Shown here one piece after another: positions 1-11,629 of a DNA stretch of 32,182 nt. The translations under genes and the position numbers were made by a program. The notes beneath the pieces are model-generated. The model was not told the origin of the DNA and made no database searches. It saw nothing but the letters and a program-made list of their open reading frames with translations. Position 1 is the stretch's first letter. Each line of letters opens with the position of its first letter. The DNA lies in contig NC_069002.1 in assembly GCF_001194135.2 (NCBI RefSeq), positions 20,356,033 to 20,388,214 of the forward strand. The letters run 5' to 3'. The stretch is from Octopus bimaculoides (Eukaryota).

Positions 1-218
1 CACAAAATATGCATTTTGAGAAGCGTGTGGGTATTTGAATCTAGATTTGAATCTAGATTCATTCTAGTAATCGCGAAATCGGCCGATACACAGTTAAGTT
101 TATTTAAAAGAAAGTTGGTCATCTTCTGTTGGTCGTTTTTTCCTCGCATTAGGTACTAAATGTGGTTATTTTGAGAAGTCCACTGTGTGGCGTTATTATT
201 TTCTGTAATAATGCCCTT

Positions 219-225
<7 letters not shown>

Positions 226-260
<35 letters not shown>
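226..260. repeat. (TA)n microsatellite
   Basis: Direct reading of the TA run. Confidence 0.95.
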
Positions 261-545
261 CATACACGCAAATAAGAGATTTGGCTTTTAGATAGTGACA
301 CTAGAAGGTGTAATATCACAATCTGAAAGCCAAGTCTCCTACGTCAACGCCCAGCACCAACTGTCTCCCCGCCCCCCAGGACTCTGCCGCGAATTGTAAT
401 CATAGTAGGTTCGTTCATAGTGATATAAACCTCCGGCAACCACCATGCGAACACCAGTAACACTTGTGAGCTTGAATTATTACGCAATAATAACGTTGGC
501 TCACTTACCTGTAACAATAAGTTCCGAGTATTCGAAAATATGGTG

Positions 546-946
546 TGCAATTGTTTAAACAAAACATCTTGTTCACTTTCTAGTCAATGTTTAGCAGAAA
601 ATGTGGTTTAGAAATATGAGGTTGTAACGGAGACCAATACTTATATTTATATCGGCGGTCCATAAATCTCAAGAGGTTCTTTCGCAACCAATAGTCATCG
701 TTTAAATTAAGACACACAGCTGGCAGGACGTCTCTATCCACGAAGATTTGAGACATCATTAGGGTTGCTAAACCGTATTTAAACAGTAGATACGGATGTA
801 GGCTTTGCTGCATGGAACCATTTAAAATTTTAAGGACATCTAATAGTGACAATCTACTAAATAATAAACTAGACCTTCGTTTTTCATTTATACATAAGGC
901 TACTTGTATTTCTAAATATTTCAAGGGTATTAAACCACCTCCATAA
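546..946 (+). pseudogene. Decayed Penelope-like element C-terminus: Cys-rich linker plus GIY-YIG endonuclease
   Basis: Manual translation with stops/frameshift: CNCLNKTSCSLSSQCLAENVV*KYEV..YIYIGG / LKRFFRNQ*SSFK..TSLSTKI*DIIRVAKPY..GCRLCCMEPFKIL..NLLNNK. This matches the CNC..CPL..CL, YIG, H.SSF, AKPY..C.LC pattern of Neptune-type PLE endonucleases. Confidence 0.85.
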
Positions 947-2043
947 TAGCCCCCAACCTATGTCCAATCCAATTTATTTCCTCTTTCGCTGCCTCTCTAG
1001 CCTATCGAGCCACTCATTGGTTTCTGAGACCTACTAGTCTCGTTTTCCCTTTACCTTGTAATCTTTTAACCTCTCTTACTATACTTGCATGGTATTGTAT
1101 ATAGAATATACTATCCAAACTTCTTACCCGCGACTATTATCTTCACACCAAAGGCGATCTAATTTTGATATCAACGCCACCCAATTAACATTCCATATTG
1201 TTAATCGTTAGACTTTTTCCTACTGCCGGATTTCCTTGATATCCGATCTGCTATTTCCTCCAACTCCGTACTAGGTGTAGATCTTTATATAACACTAACC
1301 TTCTTTAAATATTTTAAAACTCCTTATTAAAACATCTATATTAAAACATCCTATATTTGAAACTATGTCTCATATTTAAGAAAAAATAAAGCATTTTACT
1401 TACTCTGTCTTCCTTACTTACACCTACCTTTTCTTTCGTTAGACGCTTTCTGTCTCCCTCTTCCACTTTTTCTTTACTTATCTTTCAAAGACGTTTAAAA
1501 GCTACTTCTTTACAATATGAAACACTGCATAATATATCCTTAGATAAATGAGAAATGAGCAAGATTAGATCCTTTGAACATATGTTTATTCGATCAGCAC
1601 TGACACAAGGTTAAAGAACTACAAGAAAAACTGAAATAGATGTATGCTAACATAAAGACAATTGATCTACGCTTAGAGAGATCTCAAGTTGTAAATTTTT
1701 TATATGCCAATAATATAAACGAGAAAATGGTTAAAGAAGTAAATTTGATAGAGCAGCTTCAGACGATTACAATCTTCATGGTAAAATAGCAACATCGATA
1801 AAGAAAGAGAAGTGAAGTATCGGTAACTTAATGGAGATAAATGCCATCTTATATAAGAAAAAAAATATTCACTGATCTATGTATCAATCGAAGTTGGCAC
1901 TAAGAAAAAATAAAATTGTAGAGCATCAAAAGCTATCTTTTAAGAAAATGTAAACTTGATGTAAATATGTGAAAAAGCAGTATCCGAGAAAATGATGGAG
2001 AATGAAAGAAAATTTCTCTCAAATAGTTTATAGGTTGGTCAAA

Positions 2044-2046
<3 letters not shown>

Positions 2047-2090
<44 letters not shown>
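2047..2090. repeat. (CA)n microsatellite
   Basis: Direct reading. Confidence 0.95.
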
Positions 2091-2091
<1 letters not shown>

Positions 2092-2989
2092 ACACAAACA
2101 AACAAACGATTTAAAAGCAGAAAAATATCCTCCTAAATCAAAGAACGTTTAAGACAAAAAACAAATTCTCAAATAGCGGCAGAGTACAAATCGTTGTGAA
2201 GAATGTCAATACTTGTTTGTATGAAATAAAGAATTGTTTTTCTGTCTAAAATGATGTTAAATAAAGCGTTGGCATCAAGGGTATACGGTTTGCGGGTGGA
2301 AGGTGTCATTATAGACAACAAATCAGAATTTTAAACACAATAATAGGTATTCTGGGCAGAAGGAACAATACAAGAAAATACGTACACTCTAAAATATTAT
2401 ACTAAAATTTAAAGAGTGGAAACAGCAGAGGGCTTCCTCAATTTATCTACGATGCAAAGACTCAGTTATAAGATTGAAGGCTCGGAATAAATACCTATCT
2501 TCACTATTATACATTTAACATTCAATGATTTGCTGATAGTTCACAAAAAATTGATTATTCTAAATTGCTGAGACAGATATTTCTCCGAAACGTTAATGAG
2601 GAAGCGATGCCGTATAAGAAAGTTGCCTTAGAGGTAAACTTATAGTTGAGAGGGAATATACCAATTGCATAGAGGTGATGTGTGAGGAACATGATGTTTG
2701 ACTGAAGGTTATAGGCGGAAGCATCATCGAAACTAACAGACAGATGTGAGAGTTTCCAGAAAAAAAATGCCTTTCTATCTGATTTGATATTTTTCTCGTT
2801 ACAAAACTTTTGGAGAAAGAGAGAGCTAGAAAGAGTGATTAAGAAAGACGAAAAGATATTTTCGACAGGATTTCAAATCAGAACGTACAGTAGCGTAACT
2901 AAATACTGCAAGGCAATTTATCTAACGCTCTAAGGATTCTGCTGGTCTACCGCTTAAGAGTTTCGGCCTAACGATAACAAGTCAGTAAA

Positions 2990-3412
2990 TCGCTGTGAAT
3001 AACTGGTACTTATTTTATCGACCCCGAAACGATGAAAGTAAAAATCGATGACCACGGAATTTAAACTCGGAAAGTAAAGGCGGACGAAATGCAGTTGACC
3101 ATTTTTTCCGGTCTGATAACGAGTCTGCCAGCTCAGCGTCTAATTTGCGCAAGGCAGGTAATTTCGGGGAGGGGAAATTATATCGAGTCCACTGTCAAAT
3201 TGGTTTTAATTTTATGGACGCTGTAAACATGAAAGGCAAATGTTGATCACGGCTGAATTTTGGACTTAGAAAGAGAAAAAAAACGGACAAAATACCCATA
3301 AGCATTTTACCCAGCGTGCTAACGATTTTGCTAGCTCACCGACTTATTCTTGCAATTAATATTGAGGTCGACTTTGCCGTATATGCTTTCGGGGACAATA
3401 AATTATTTTCCA
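2990..3412 (-). mobile_element. Cluster of decayed tRNA-derived SINE copies (family A): two tandem minus-strand copies (~2990-3140, ~3145-3340) plus a plus-strand fragment (3364-3412)
   Basis: The repeated block 'ttttatcgaccccgaaa.gatgaaag..aaa.tcga' and the head 'taacga.t.tgc.agctc' recur here and at 10445-10960. The reverse complement gives an A-box-like TAGCAAAATCG and decayed B-box. Confidence 0.65.
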
Positions 3413-3414
3413 GT

Positions 3415-5435
3415 CGCGCTCAAGGAGAACAATGACATATTTACAGAGTAATGGATATGTTGATGAATCTGTTCTAAAGGCCGGAGTCCCCGGGATCTCT
3501 GGATGTGTTGAACACTGTTTTTCGATTTAGAAATGATCCATGATGCCAAAGAGAAAAAGAAAAGTCTGAACGTGGTATGGCTTCACCTAACTAATGCATA
3601 TGGCTCACTGCCACACGAAGTACTGATGAAAGCCAAGGACCACTTCCACATTGCGGACAAAGTGACCAAAATAATGAGGATATATAATGACAGTTTCGAA
3701 ATGGAGTTTATAACTAGAGATTTTACAACCGATTGGAGATTGACATTGCTGCTGGCTGCACAATATCTGTCACGTGATTTATCTTAGTCATGGAGATGAT
3801 TTTGAAAGCCGTGGATTTTTCGGAGCAAATCGCACATGTACAATCGTCTAAGAAGGACTTCATTGATAACGTAACACTTCTATCAACAGACAAATCATGC
3901 AGAGTGCCCTCTTGAGACGAGATGAGCTGGTGAAATGGTCAAGGATGCGGTATAGAGCAAAAAAGTTGTATTGTCTGACATTTATTAAAGGAGTGCAAAA
4001 ATAATTTAAGTTTCAAATAGCTAAAGAAAGCATTCCAACAGTCAAAGAAGAACCCGTCAAGAACTTGGGGCGGGTATACGCTGGAATATTGTCAGATAGG
4101 AGACTCGAGGTTGGATAATCAGCGATTGACAACGCAAAGTTACCAAGTAAATATAAAATTTGGTGCTTATAGTTCGGCTTGTATCCACGACTTTCGTGGC
4201 CACTTTTAATATACCACGCAGCATTGTGACAAGTTCAAATCATAAAAATGTAATGTGTTCATTATAAAGTGGCTAGGCCTACCTCGGATATTGAATTTCA
4301 GGTATTTATCGTAAAAGGGGCCCGTTGTAGTTATCACTGCCGTGAATAGTCGAAATTTATAAAATAGTGAATGTACGGACGGTAATGATGCTGAGAGAAT
4401 CGAAGGATATAGAAATCAGACGCAATCCAGCAGATGTGAAGACGGCCAGGAAGTGGAAAGCAGAACAGAGACTGATGGCGTTCTGTCTTCTCTTATACCC
4501 CGCGATATGGTGGATGCAACGCAATTTCATCGAACGGGACTTGGTTCAAACCGTTTGCAAGTATGATGCAGAGCGAACGCAAGTCTGTTGTTAGCAACAG
4601 CGTCAAAACATGGGGAACGTAGAGAAGAGAGCTTCATTTGATCCAATGCACTCAACAAGGACAGATGACTAGATGGAAGGAACATGTTGTTGAGAGAAAA
4701 ATAAGTTGGAATGAGATATAAAGGTGGACCACATTTCGGCTAAGTTTTCTGAGTTGTTCATCTTATTATGCCTTACCATCACCTGCAAATCTATTAAGAT
4801 GGAGCATCTCAGAGAATGATAGATGCAAATGCGGAAAGGTCGGAACCCTGAAACATATTCTTTCCAGTTGTTCACTAGCATTGAATCGGTATACATGGAG
4901 ACACAAACTTGTCCTTATGGTTAGCTTCAATGCAATAAAGAGGAAAAAAAAACGTTGAAAGTACTGACAAGAGATTTCATTACCTTCGTACGCTCAGGAT
5001 AGCAGATCTGTTTCAAGGAGAAGAAACTTCCTGTGAGCGATAAAAAGTGAAACGGCTACTGAGAGGGGGATGCCGATTTACCAGGGACTCTTTCCCATCA
5101 CAGTTACGAAAACAACTGGACATTTTAATGTGGTGTGAAGGAAAGAAAGTTGCGAATCTAGTCGAGTTAACGGTTCCTCATGAAAATAACATGGACGCCG
5201 CTCGGGCTAGAAAAATTGACCGTTATGTAAACCTCCTCGAGAAATGTGAAGACGCAGGCTGGTATGCGGAGAATTTTCCAATCGAAGTCGGATGTAGAGG
5301 GTTTGTTGGACACAGTGTGAAACACGACTGTTGTTATCGTTAGGACTAACTCATCGTAAATACCACCATGACGATATCCAAACTACAGTGGAGAAGGCTA
5401 GCCACTGGATTTGGTTAAAAAGAGGAGAATATTGA
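3415..5435 (+). mobile_element. 5'-truncated, frameshifted HERO-like non-LTR retrotransposon (RT + CCHC knuckle + restriction-like endonuclease)
   Basis: GYVDESVLKAGVPGISGCVEH; VVWLHLTNAYGSLPH (RT motif, WLDLxNAYGS); CKCGKVGTLKHILSSCSLALNRYTWRH (zinc knuckle); DILMW..LVELTVPHENNM..RKIDRY..FPIEVGCRGF (PD..E-x-T/K RLE); end VEKASHWIWLKRGEY*. The motif combination is recalled as typical of the HERO clade. Confidence 0.85.
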
Positions 5436-6383
5436 GCTTTATTTGATAACCATTTCATCTAGCAAGCGGGACTTCTTATCAGAAGCCATACATTTGCTGG
5501 CTTCTGGCATGCGGAGGTTTCGACTGGGGGCACTTGCATTTGCAAGTTGTTTGCAAAACATTTATCGAGTAACACCTCCTCCAAAATTTCAGGCCTTGCG
5601 CCTAAGATAGAAAGGAATAATAATAATTTACAAGTATTCGTATTGATTTACCAAAATTTATTAAAAAGACTGCTTTTTAATAAAGGAAATGTACGAAGTG
5701 GTGTTGGGCATATGTCATATTATCCTGACATTGTGTTTGAATTCTTACAAAGACGAGACAAATCAAAATTCAGTTAACCATGGCCACAAGATGGCCACAA
5801 ACACCCACGGAAGATCAGAATGTTTCATAAAGACATCAGTTTTTATTATCACGCCAGCAAGAAATGTCTTCTCGTATTTTAACTTAGAATCGTTATTTAA
5901 AACACCACTCATCCAGCCAACAGCTGAGGGCAATTTCATTCAGTTTTATTGATGGAGTCGTCGAAAATGACATTTTCGAGTCCTACAGGCAAAATACAAG
6001 AAAAAAGGGAAAGAACAATTGACGTATTCCAAATTATAGAAGGCAAGGCGCATGGCACAATCCCAGCTACAACATATCCAATTAATATATGACTTCCGGT
6101 AAAATATAACAATATAATTTCATTAAATGTTATGACACGTAACCCTCCCATAAAACTGTTTGAACTGGCAATGGCAAAATGTTAGGATTCGCATACAAAG
6201 ATGAAAAGGAGAAATTTCCCTAAGGCTAACCTTCTCTGCGAACTTAAAGTCTTTGCCAAATACACTCACGTCAAACTTATTCGTAAAAAAAATGACGGGA
6301 AGCGTTGCTATCCTCCCCTAGTTCAACCCAAATAATTCAAGTAATCAAGTCAAATGCTTCTAAGATATGTATATCGCCAACCG

Positions 6384-6391
<8 letters not shown>

Positions 6392-6447
<56 letters not shown>
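6392..6447. repeat. (TG)n microsatellite running into an assembly gap
   Basis: Direct reading. Confidence 0.95.
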
Positions 6448-7380
6448 NNNNNNNNNNNNNNNNNNNNNNNNNNNNNNNNNNNNNNNNNNNNNNNNNNNNN
6501 NNNNNNNNNNNNNNNNNNNNNNNNNNNNNNNNNNNNNNNNNNNNNNNNNNNNNNNNNNNNNNNNNNNNNNNNNNNNNNNNNNNNNNNNNNNNNNNNNNNN
6601 NNNNNNNNNNNNNNNNNNNNNNNNNNNNNNNNNNNNNNNNNNNNNNNNNNNNNNNNNNNNNNNNNNNNNNNNNNNNNNNNNNNNNNNNNNNNNNNNNNNN
6701 NNNNNNNNNNNNNNNNNNNNNNNNNNNNNNNNNNNNNNNNNNNNNNNNNNNNNNNNNNNNNNNNNNNNNNNNNNNNNNNNNNNNNNNNNNNNNNNNNNNN
6801 NNNNNNNNNNNNNNNNNNNNNNNNNNNNNNNNNNNNNNNNNNNNNNNNNNNNNNNNNNNNNNNNNNNNNNNNNNNNNNNNNNNNNNNNNNNNNNNNNNNN
6901 NNNNNNNNNNNNNNNNNNNNNNNNNNNNNNNNNNNNNNNNNNNNNNNNNNNNNNNNNNNNNNNNNNNNNNNNNNNNNNNNNNNNNNNNNNNNNNNNNNNN
7001 NNNNNNNNNNNNNNNNNNNNNNNNNNNNNNNNNNNNNNNNNNNNNNNNNNNNNNNNNNNNNNNNNNNNNNNNNNNNNNNNNNNNNNNNNNNNNNNNNNNN
7101 NNNNNNNNNNNNNNNNNNNNNNNNNNNNNNNNNNNNNNNNNNNNNNNNNNNNNNNNNNNNNNNNNNNNNNNNNNNNNNNNNNNNNNNNNNNNNNNNNNNN
7201 NNNNNNNNNNNNNNNNNNNNNNNNNNNNNNNNNNNNNNNNNNNNNNNNNNNNNNNNNNNNNNNNNNNNNNNNNNNNNNNNNNNNNNNNNNNNNNNNNNNN
7301 NNNNNNNNNNNNNNNNNNNNNNNNNNNNNNNNNNNNNNNNNNNNNNNNNNNNNNNNNNNNNNNNNNNNNNNNNNNNNNNN
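6448..7380. other. Assembly gap (N run)
   Basis: N bases. Confidence 1.
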
Positions 7381-7408
7381 CTCGTATACATTACGTTATA
7401 TATATATA

Positions 7409-7975
7409 TTTGAAGAAAAGCAACAAAAATTCAATAGGTTATAGCAGTACGTACGTTTCGTACAAACTTCATTTATTCATGTAGTGAGAACACTACATAA
7501 AATGTGCAATGAAAATGTACTCCTCAGCTGCATAATGGAATTTCATTTTAGAAAGACATTTTGTAGATGTGTGGAAAAAACAAGAGTAAGAGAAGAAGAA
7601 TACCATCTTGACTGGGCTGCTCTTCAACAGTCTAGTGAATCAAACAAGAATTTAATTTCTATATAATCTAATTGGAGGGGTAGTAGTACTTTCAATTTAG
7701 AGGAGGTAGATTAAGTAGTGATGGACAGCAGGTTAGGGGTAAATCAAGCATGAGGAAACAAAATAAAGAAATGAAAATGGAAGGACAATACCCTAAGGAG
7801 TGGTTAGAGAAAATTTAAGGTAAGGGAATTTAGGTCAAGGTATTAAAGAATTATATCTATTCTTCAATATATTTAGAATAATACAATGAAACACTAAATT
7901 AAAATTAGAACAAGACAAACATTTATAGTTAAAATAAGATAAACATTAATGTGGGGTAGTAGAAGAAAGATATTA
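7409..7975 (-). mobile_element. Inverted partial copy of PLE 3' UTR / pseudo-LTR
   Basis: 7409-7710 is the reverse complement of ~7975-8280; 7613-7975 is the reverse complement of 9205-9598. Confidence 0.9.
7439..7535 (-). ncRNA. Minimal type I hammerhead ribozyme (copy 1)
   Basis: The reverse complement reads UUAUGCAG-CUGAGGA-GUACA...UGUAC-GAAA-C-GUAC-G-UA-CUGCUAUAA, with all core nucleotides present. Predicted cleavage between 7448 and 7447. Confidence 0.85.
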
Positions 7976-9598
7976 ATCTACCTTTCTCTAAATTGAAATT
8001 ACTACTACCCATCCAATTAGATAATATAGAAATTAAATTCTTGTTTGATTCATTAGACTGTTGAATAGCAGCCCATCAAGATGGTATTTTTTCTTCTCTT
8101 AGTCTTGTTTTTTGCACACATCTACAAAATGTCTTTCTAAAATGAAATTCCATTATGCAGCTGAGGAGTACATTTTCATTACACATTTTATGTAGTGTTA
8201 TCACTACATGAACAAATGAAGTTTGTACGAAACGTACGTACTGCTATAACCTATTGAATTTTTTGTTGATTTTCTTCAAATTTTATTCACCAAATCTCTT
8301 GATTTTGTTTTTGGTTTCTACCCTACCAAATTCTGGTGCCTCAAACATTTTAAGTACCACATTTAATCCTTTGATTAAATCTATATTATTATTCGGAACT
8401 TTATATATACTCCCATTTGGGAGTATATATATTTTTCTAGTACTTAATTTTCAACAAGATGGAAAAGGTTAACATGGAATTCTCTCAGAAGGACATCCCC
8501 TTACACAGCAAAGAAATGTATATGTGGCTATTTATTCACAGAACCAATGATTTTTCAGAAGAATACGATGGATTGCCTACCACTATGATAACAATATGAA
8601 AATGAAAACCAATGAATCACAAGAAGAAAACCATTTTAAGAAACTATTTAGAAGTAGAAGAAATCCACCTCCAAATCCGTTATAAGAAAACTTTGAAAAG
8701 GACTTACTCAACTTTATTGCTAATATCAAGTTTAAGAAGCACCCACTAAGAAAAAACCCGCACCTAAGGAAACTGAAGGAATTTATCAAATCTATACAAA
8801 GCAAACCAGGTATTCTGGTCCCGGCGGATAAAACCGGAAATTTATATAGAATGGATTATACTACCTACAAAAAACTAATTATGTAGGAACTTAACAGCAA
8901 ATATAAAATAACTTCAAGAAAAATATTATCAGACATCAATTTAAAAATCAAAAAAACTATGATAGAATATGATCTAACTGATAGAACTGAACCACTTGCA
9001 ACCTGTGAACCTGAAATTAATTTAAAGGACCATAAGAAAAACTTTCAGGAAGACCCTACTGTTAGACTCATTTGCCCAACTAAATCTGATATTGGAAGAC
9101 TAAGTAAGCTTATTCTCGATAACATTATACCTTTCATTATTCCTAACCTTACTCTAAAATTATGGATTAATACAGATGAAGAACTTAATTGGTTTAATTC
9201 TAAATAATATCTTTCTTCTACTACCCCGCATTAATGTATATCTTATTTTAACTATAAATATTTTGTCTTGTTCTAGTTTTAATTATTAATGTTCCCTATG
9301 GTTTTAAATTTAGTACTTTAGAGTTTCGTTGTATTATTCTAAATATACTGAAGAATAGATATAATTCTTTAATACCTTGACCTAAATTCCTTTATTTAAA
9401 TTTTCTCTAACCACTCCTTAGGGTATTGTCCTTCCATTTTCATTTCTTTTTTTTTCCTCATGCTTGATTTACCCCTAACCTGCTGTCCATCACTACTTTT
9501 CTACCTTCCTCTAAATTGAAATTACTACTACCCCTGCATTTAGATTATATAGAAATTAAATTCTTGTTTGATTCACTAGACCGTTGAATAGCAGCCCA
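7976..9598 (+). mobile_element. Internally deleted Penelope-like element: pLTR (7976-~8280), decayed ORF start (8474-9204), 3' UTR plus partial pLTR (9205-9598)
   Basis: Translation MEFSQKDIPLHSKEMY../FRRIRWIAY..ILVPADKTGNLYRMDY..INLKDHKKNFQEDPTVRLICPTKSDIGRLSKLILDNI..LWINTDEELNWF matches the N-terminal/early RT motifs of Neptune-type PLEs (ADKT, LKDHK, RLINP.KS). The direct repeat 7977-8075 recurs at 9500-9598. Confidence 0.9.
8153..8249 (+). ncRNA. Minimal type I hammerhead ribozyme (copy 2)
   Basis: Stem I 8153-8160 / 8241-8249 (one bulge); CUGAGGA 8161-8167; stem II base GUACA 8168-8172 / UGUAC 8224-8228; GAAA 8229-8232; 1-bp stem III C8233-G8238 with palindromic GUAC loop; GUA triplet 8238-8240, predicted cleavage after 8240. 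Confidence 0.85.
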
Positions 9599-9600
9599 GA

Positions 9601-9663
9601 CTTTTACTTGTTTCAGCTATTTGTCTGCGGACATGCTGGAGCACCACCTTTAGTCGAGCAAAT
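9601..9663 (-). mobile_element. 3'-end fragment of SINE family B
   Basis: Reverse complement of the 13381-13444 block (cttttacttgtttcag..tgctggagcac..ctttagtcgagcaaat). Confidence 0.8.
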
Positions 9664-10444
9664 ATATATAAGTATATATATTATTAAATACTTATATATA
9701 CTTAAATACTTGTGTAAATTCAAATATATACATGTATATGTACATACAAGTCCCAACATACATTCGTGCATGCATACGTAAATACGTATATACATAATGT
9801 TTGTTTTTTTTTCTCTTTAAACAGCCGTAAGAAATTTGCTTACTCCACAGCGAATGTGTTAATCAGAGGTGCGAAAGATTTACTGAACTTTCCCTGTTAA
9901 CACAGCAATTTCTCTTGCTGTTTGTTAGTTAAATAGTGGAAACGTGATATTTCATTGGATCTTATCAGCAACATATCTTTAACGATCATTCAAATAACAT
10001 TACTGAATATCAAAGGTGACGAAAGATTATAAGAGTGGACATGTTCTTCAAAATATTTTAATAGATTTAAGAGATTTCCTAACAAATCTACAACAGAGAT
10101 CTACATATTTCTCTTTGCATAAAAGTCGCAAAACTTTTGTGAATAGTATGGGAATCACAAATCAAACTTTTATGGGAGAACTATTTTTCTGAGTTTCTAA
10201 ACGATCAGTTATTTTGTGATTTGGATAGATTTATTACAGGGACCAGACAATACAAATATATACAAATAATTCGTTTAAATGTTTGCACACGGATAAAAAT
10301 CTAGACGGAGAGAAAATGTGGATCAAGTTTACACCAGAATTTGCCTAAAATTTTAACGTACCACATTGGGAGACAAAAGGCATGTTTGATTGCGATGGCA
10401 TTTGGAATGAGATCGCTTAGAGCAAGAAAAATATTTATTTCAAA

Positions 10445-10960
10445 TTTTGGCACCAGTCCCCAAATTCGGGAGTGGGGTTAAAGTCGTTTACTTTGATCCC
10501 AGTGCTTGAGCGGAATTATTTTATCGAGCCGAAAGAAAGCTGAAGTTGATCTCGTCGGAATTTGAATTTAGAATGAATAACATAGTTGCATTCTGGTGAC
10601 TAAAACAAGTGAAAAATAATTTATAAAAGCCCGACTGAAAGCTGGTGAGCATTTTGTCCGGCATCCTAAAGATTCTGCCAGCTCACCACCCTATAAAACA
10701 AGAAGGAATATTACACGGCATTGTGTGCAACGCTCTAATGATTCTATCATTCTTCTGCAGTTCACAATTATGGTATCACATTTTTTGCGGACGGCTCACA
10801 ATCATTCTAGCGGAAGGGTAATACGATTTACGTAGACTCTGGTGTTTAGCTGTTAGTGATTTTATCGATTTGAAAAAATGAAAGGCAAAATCGACCTCTA
10901 CGATATATGGCATAAGTAGTTTATCGACCTCGAAAGCGATGCATTTTGTCCGATTCACTG
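10445..10960 (-). mobile_element. Decayed SINE family A copy and fragments
   Basis: Same blocks as 2990-3412: ttttatcgagccgaaag, ggaatttgaatttagaa, gattctgccagctcacc, atgaaaggcaaaatcgacctc. Confidence 0.6.
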
Positions 10961-11253
10961 AACATTCTCCAAACATGTTCTCACTTAATATAGAAAAACA
11001 AGTAATAACTATGTGTAATAAGTTCATGAGCAGTAATTAGCGTAAGTAGACGTTTATTGAATGCGATCGCAAAAAATACCCCTGTGAATCAGTTTATCCG
11101 AGAACGCAAATACTGGATAGAATAACACAACGTACTGTCTTAGACATACAAAGGATCTGTGTAAAACAATGCCACTAAGTGACACTCAACACACCAACAA
11201 AATTACCGCTCAGATAGTTTTGTTGACTATCTACACATACGTACATACATACA

Positions 11254-11288
<35 letters not shown>

Positions 11289-11629
11289 TGTATACACACA
11301 CATATATATAATGTGTGTATGTATGTATATAAGGAACTCTTGTAACGGTATAGAATATGGAGAGGACATAAATTTTAATGATGAACAAGTCCCCATATTC
11401 TATATTGTTGTAATTATTTCCAATATACACTCCAGATATCACCATCCAGAGACGTGAACCTGGTATTATGCATCGGAGGAATTTACTGCGTGACTGACAA
11501 CTACCACGAGTTGTAGCCGTCAAGTCCTAATCGAAGCGGTAGGCCGTAACCTGAAACAAAACTATGAGCCACCACGACATCCGCCCGAATAATATATCCT
11601 TTGAAACTCCCATCAATATAGAAAATATA

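Noticed and set aside
580-924. 114-aa minus-strand ORF
   Set aside because: Antisense shadow of the plus-strand GIY-YIG pseudogene.
1500-2900. Purine-rich stretch that may be a very old LINE
   Set aside because: No motif could be read with confidence.
6305-7484. Long ORFs of 340-380 aa (also 30453-31121, 19723-19994)
   Set aside because: Artefacts of translating N gaps.
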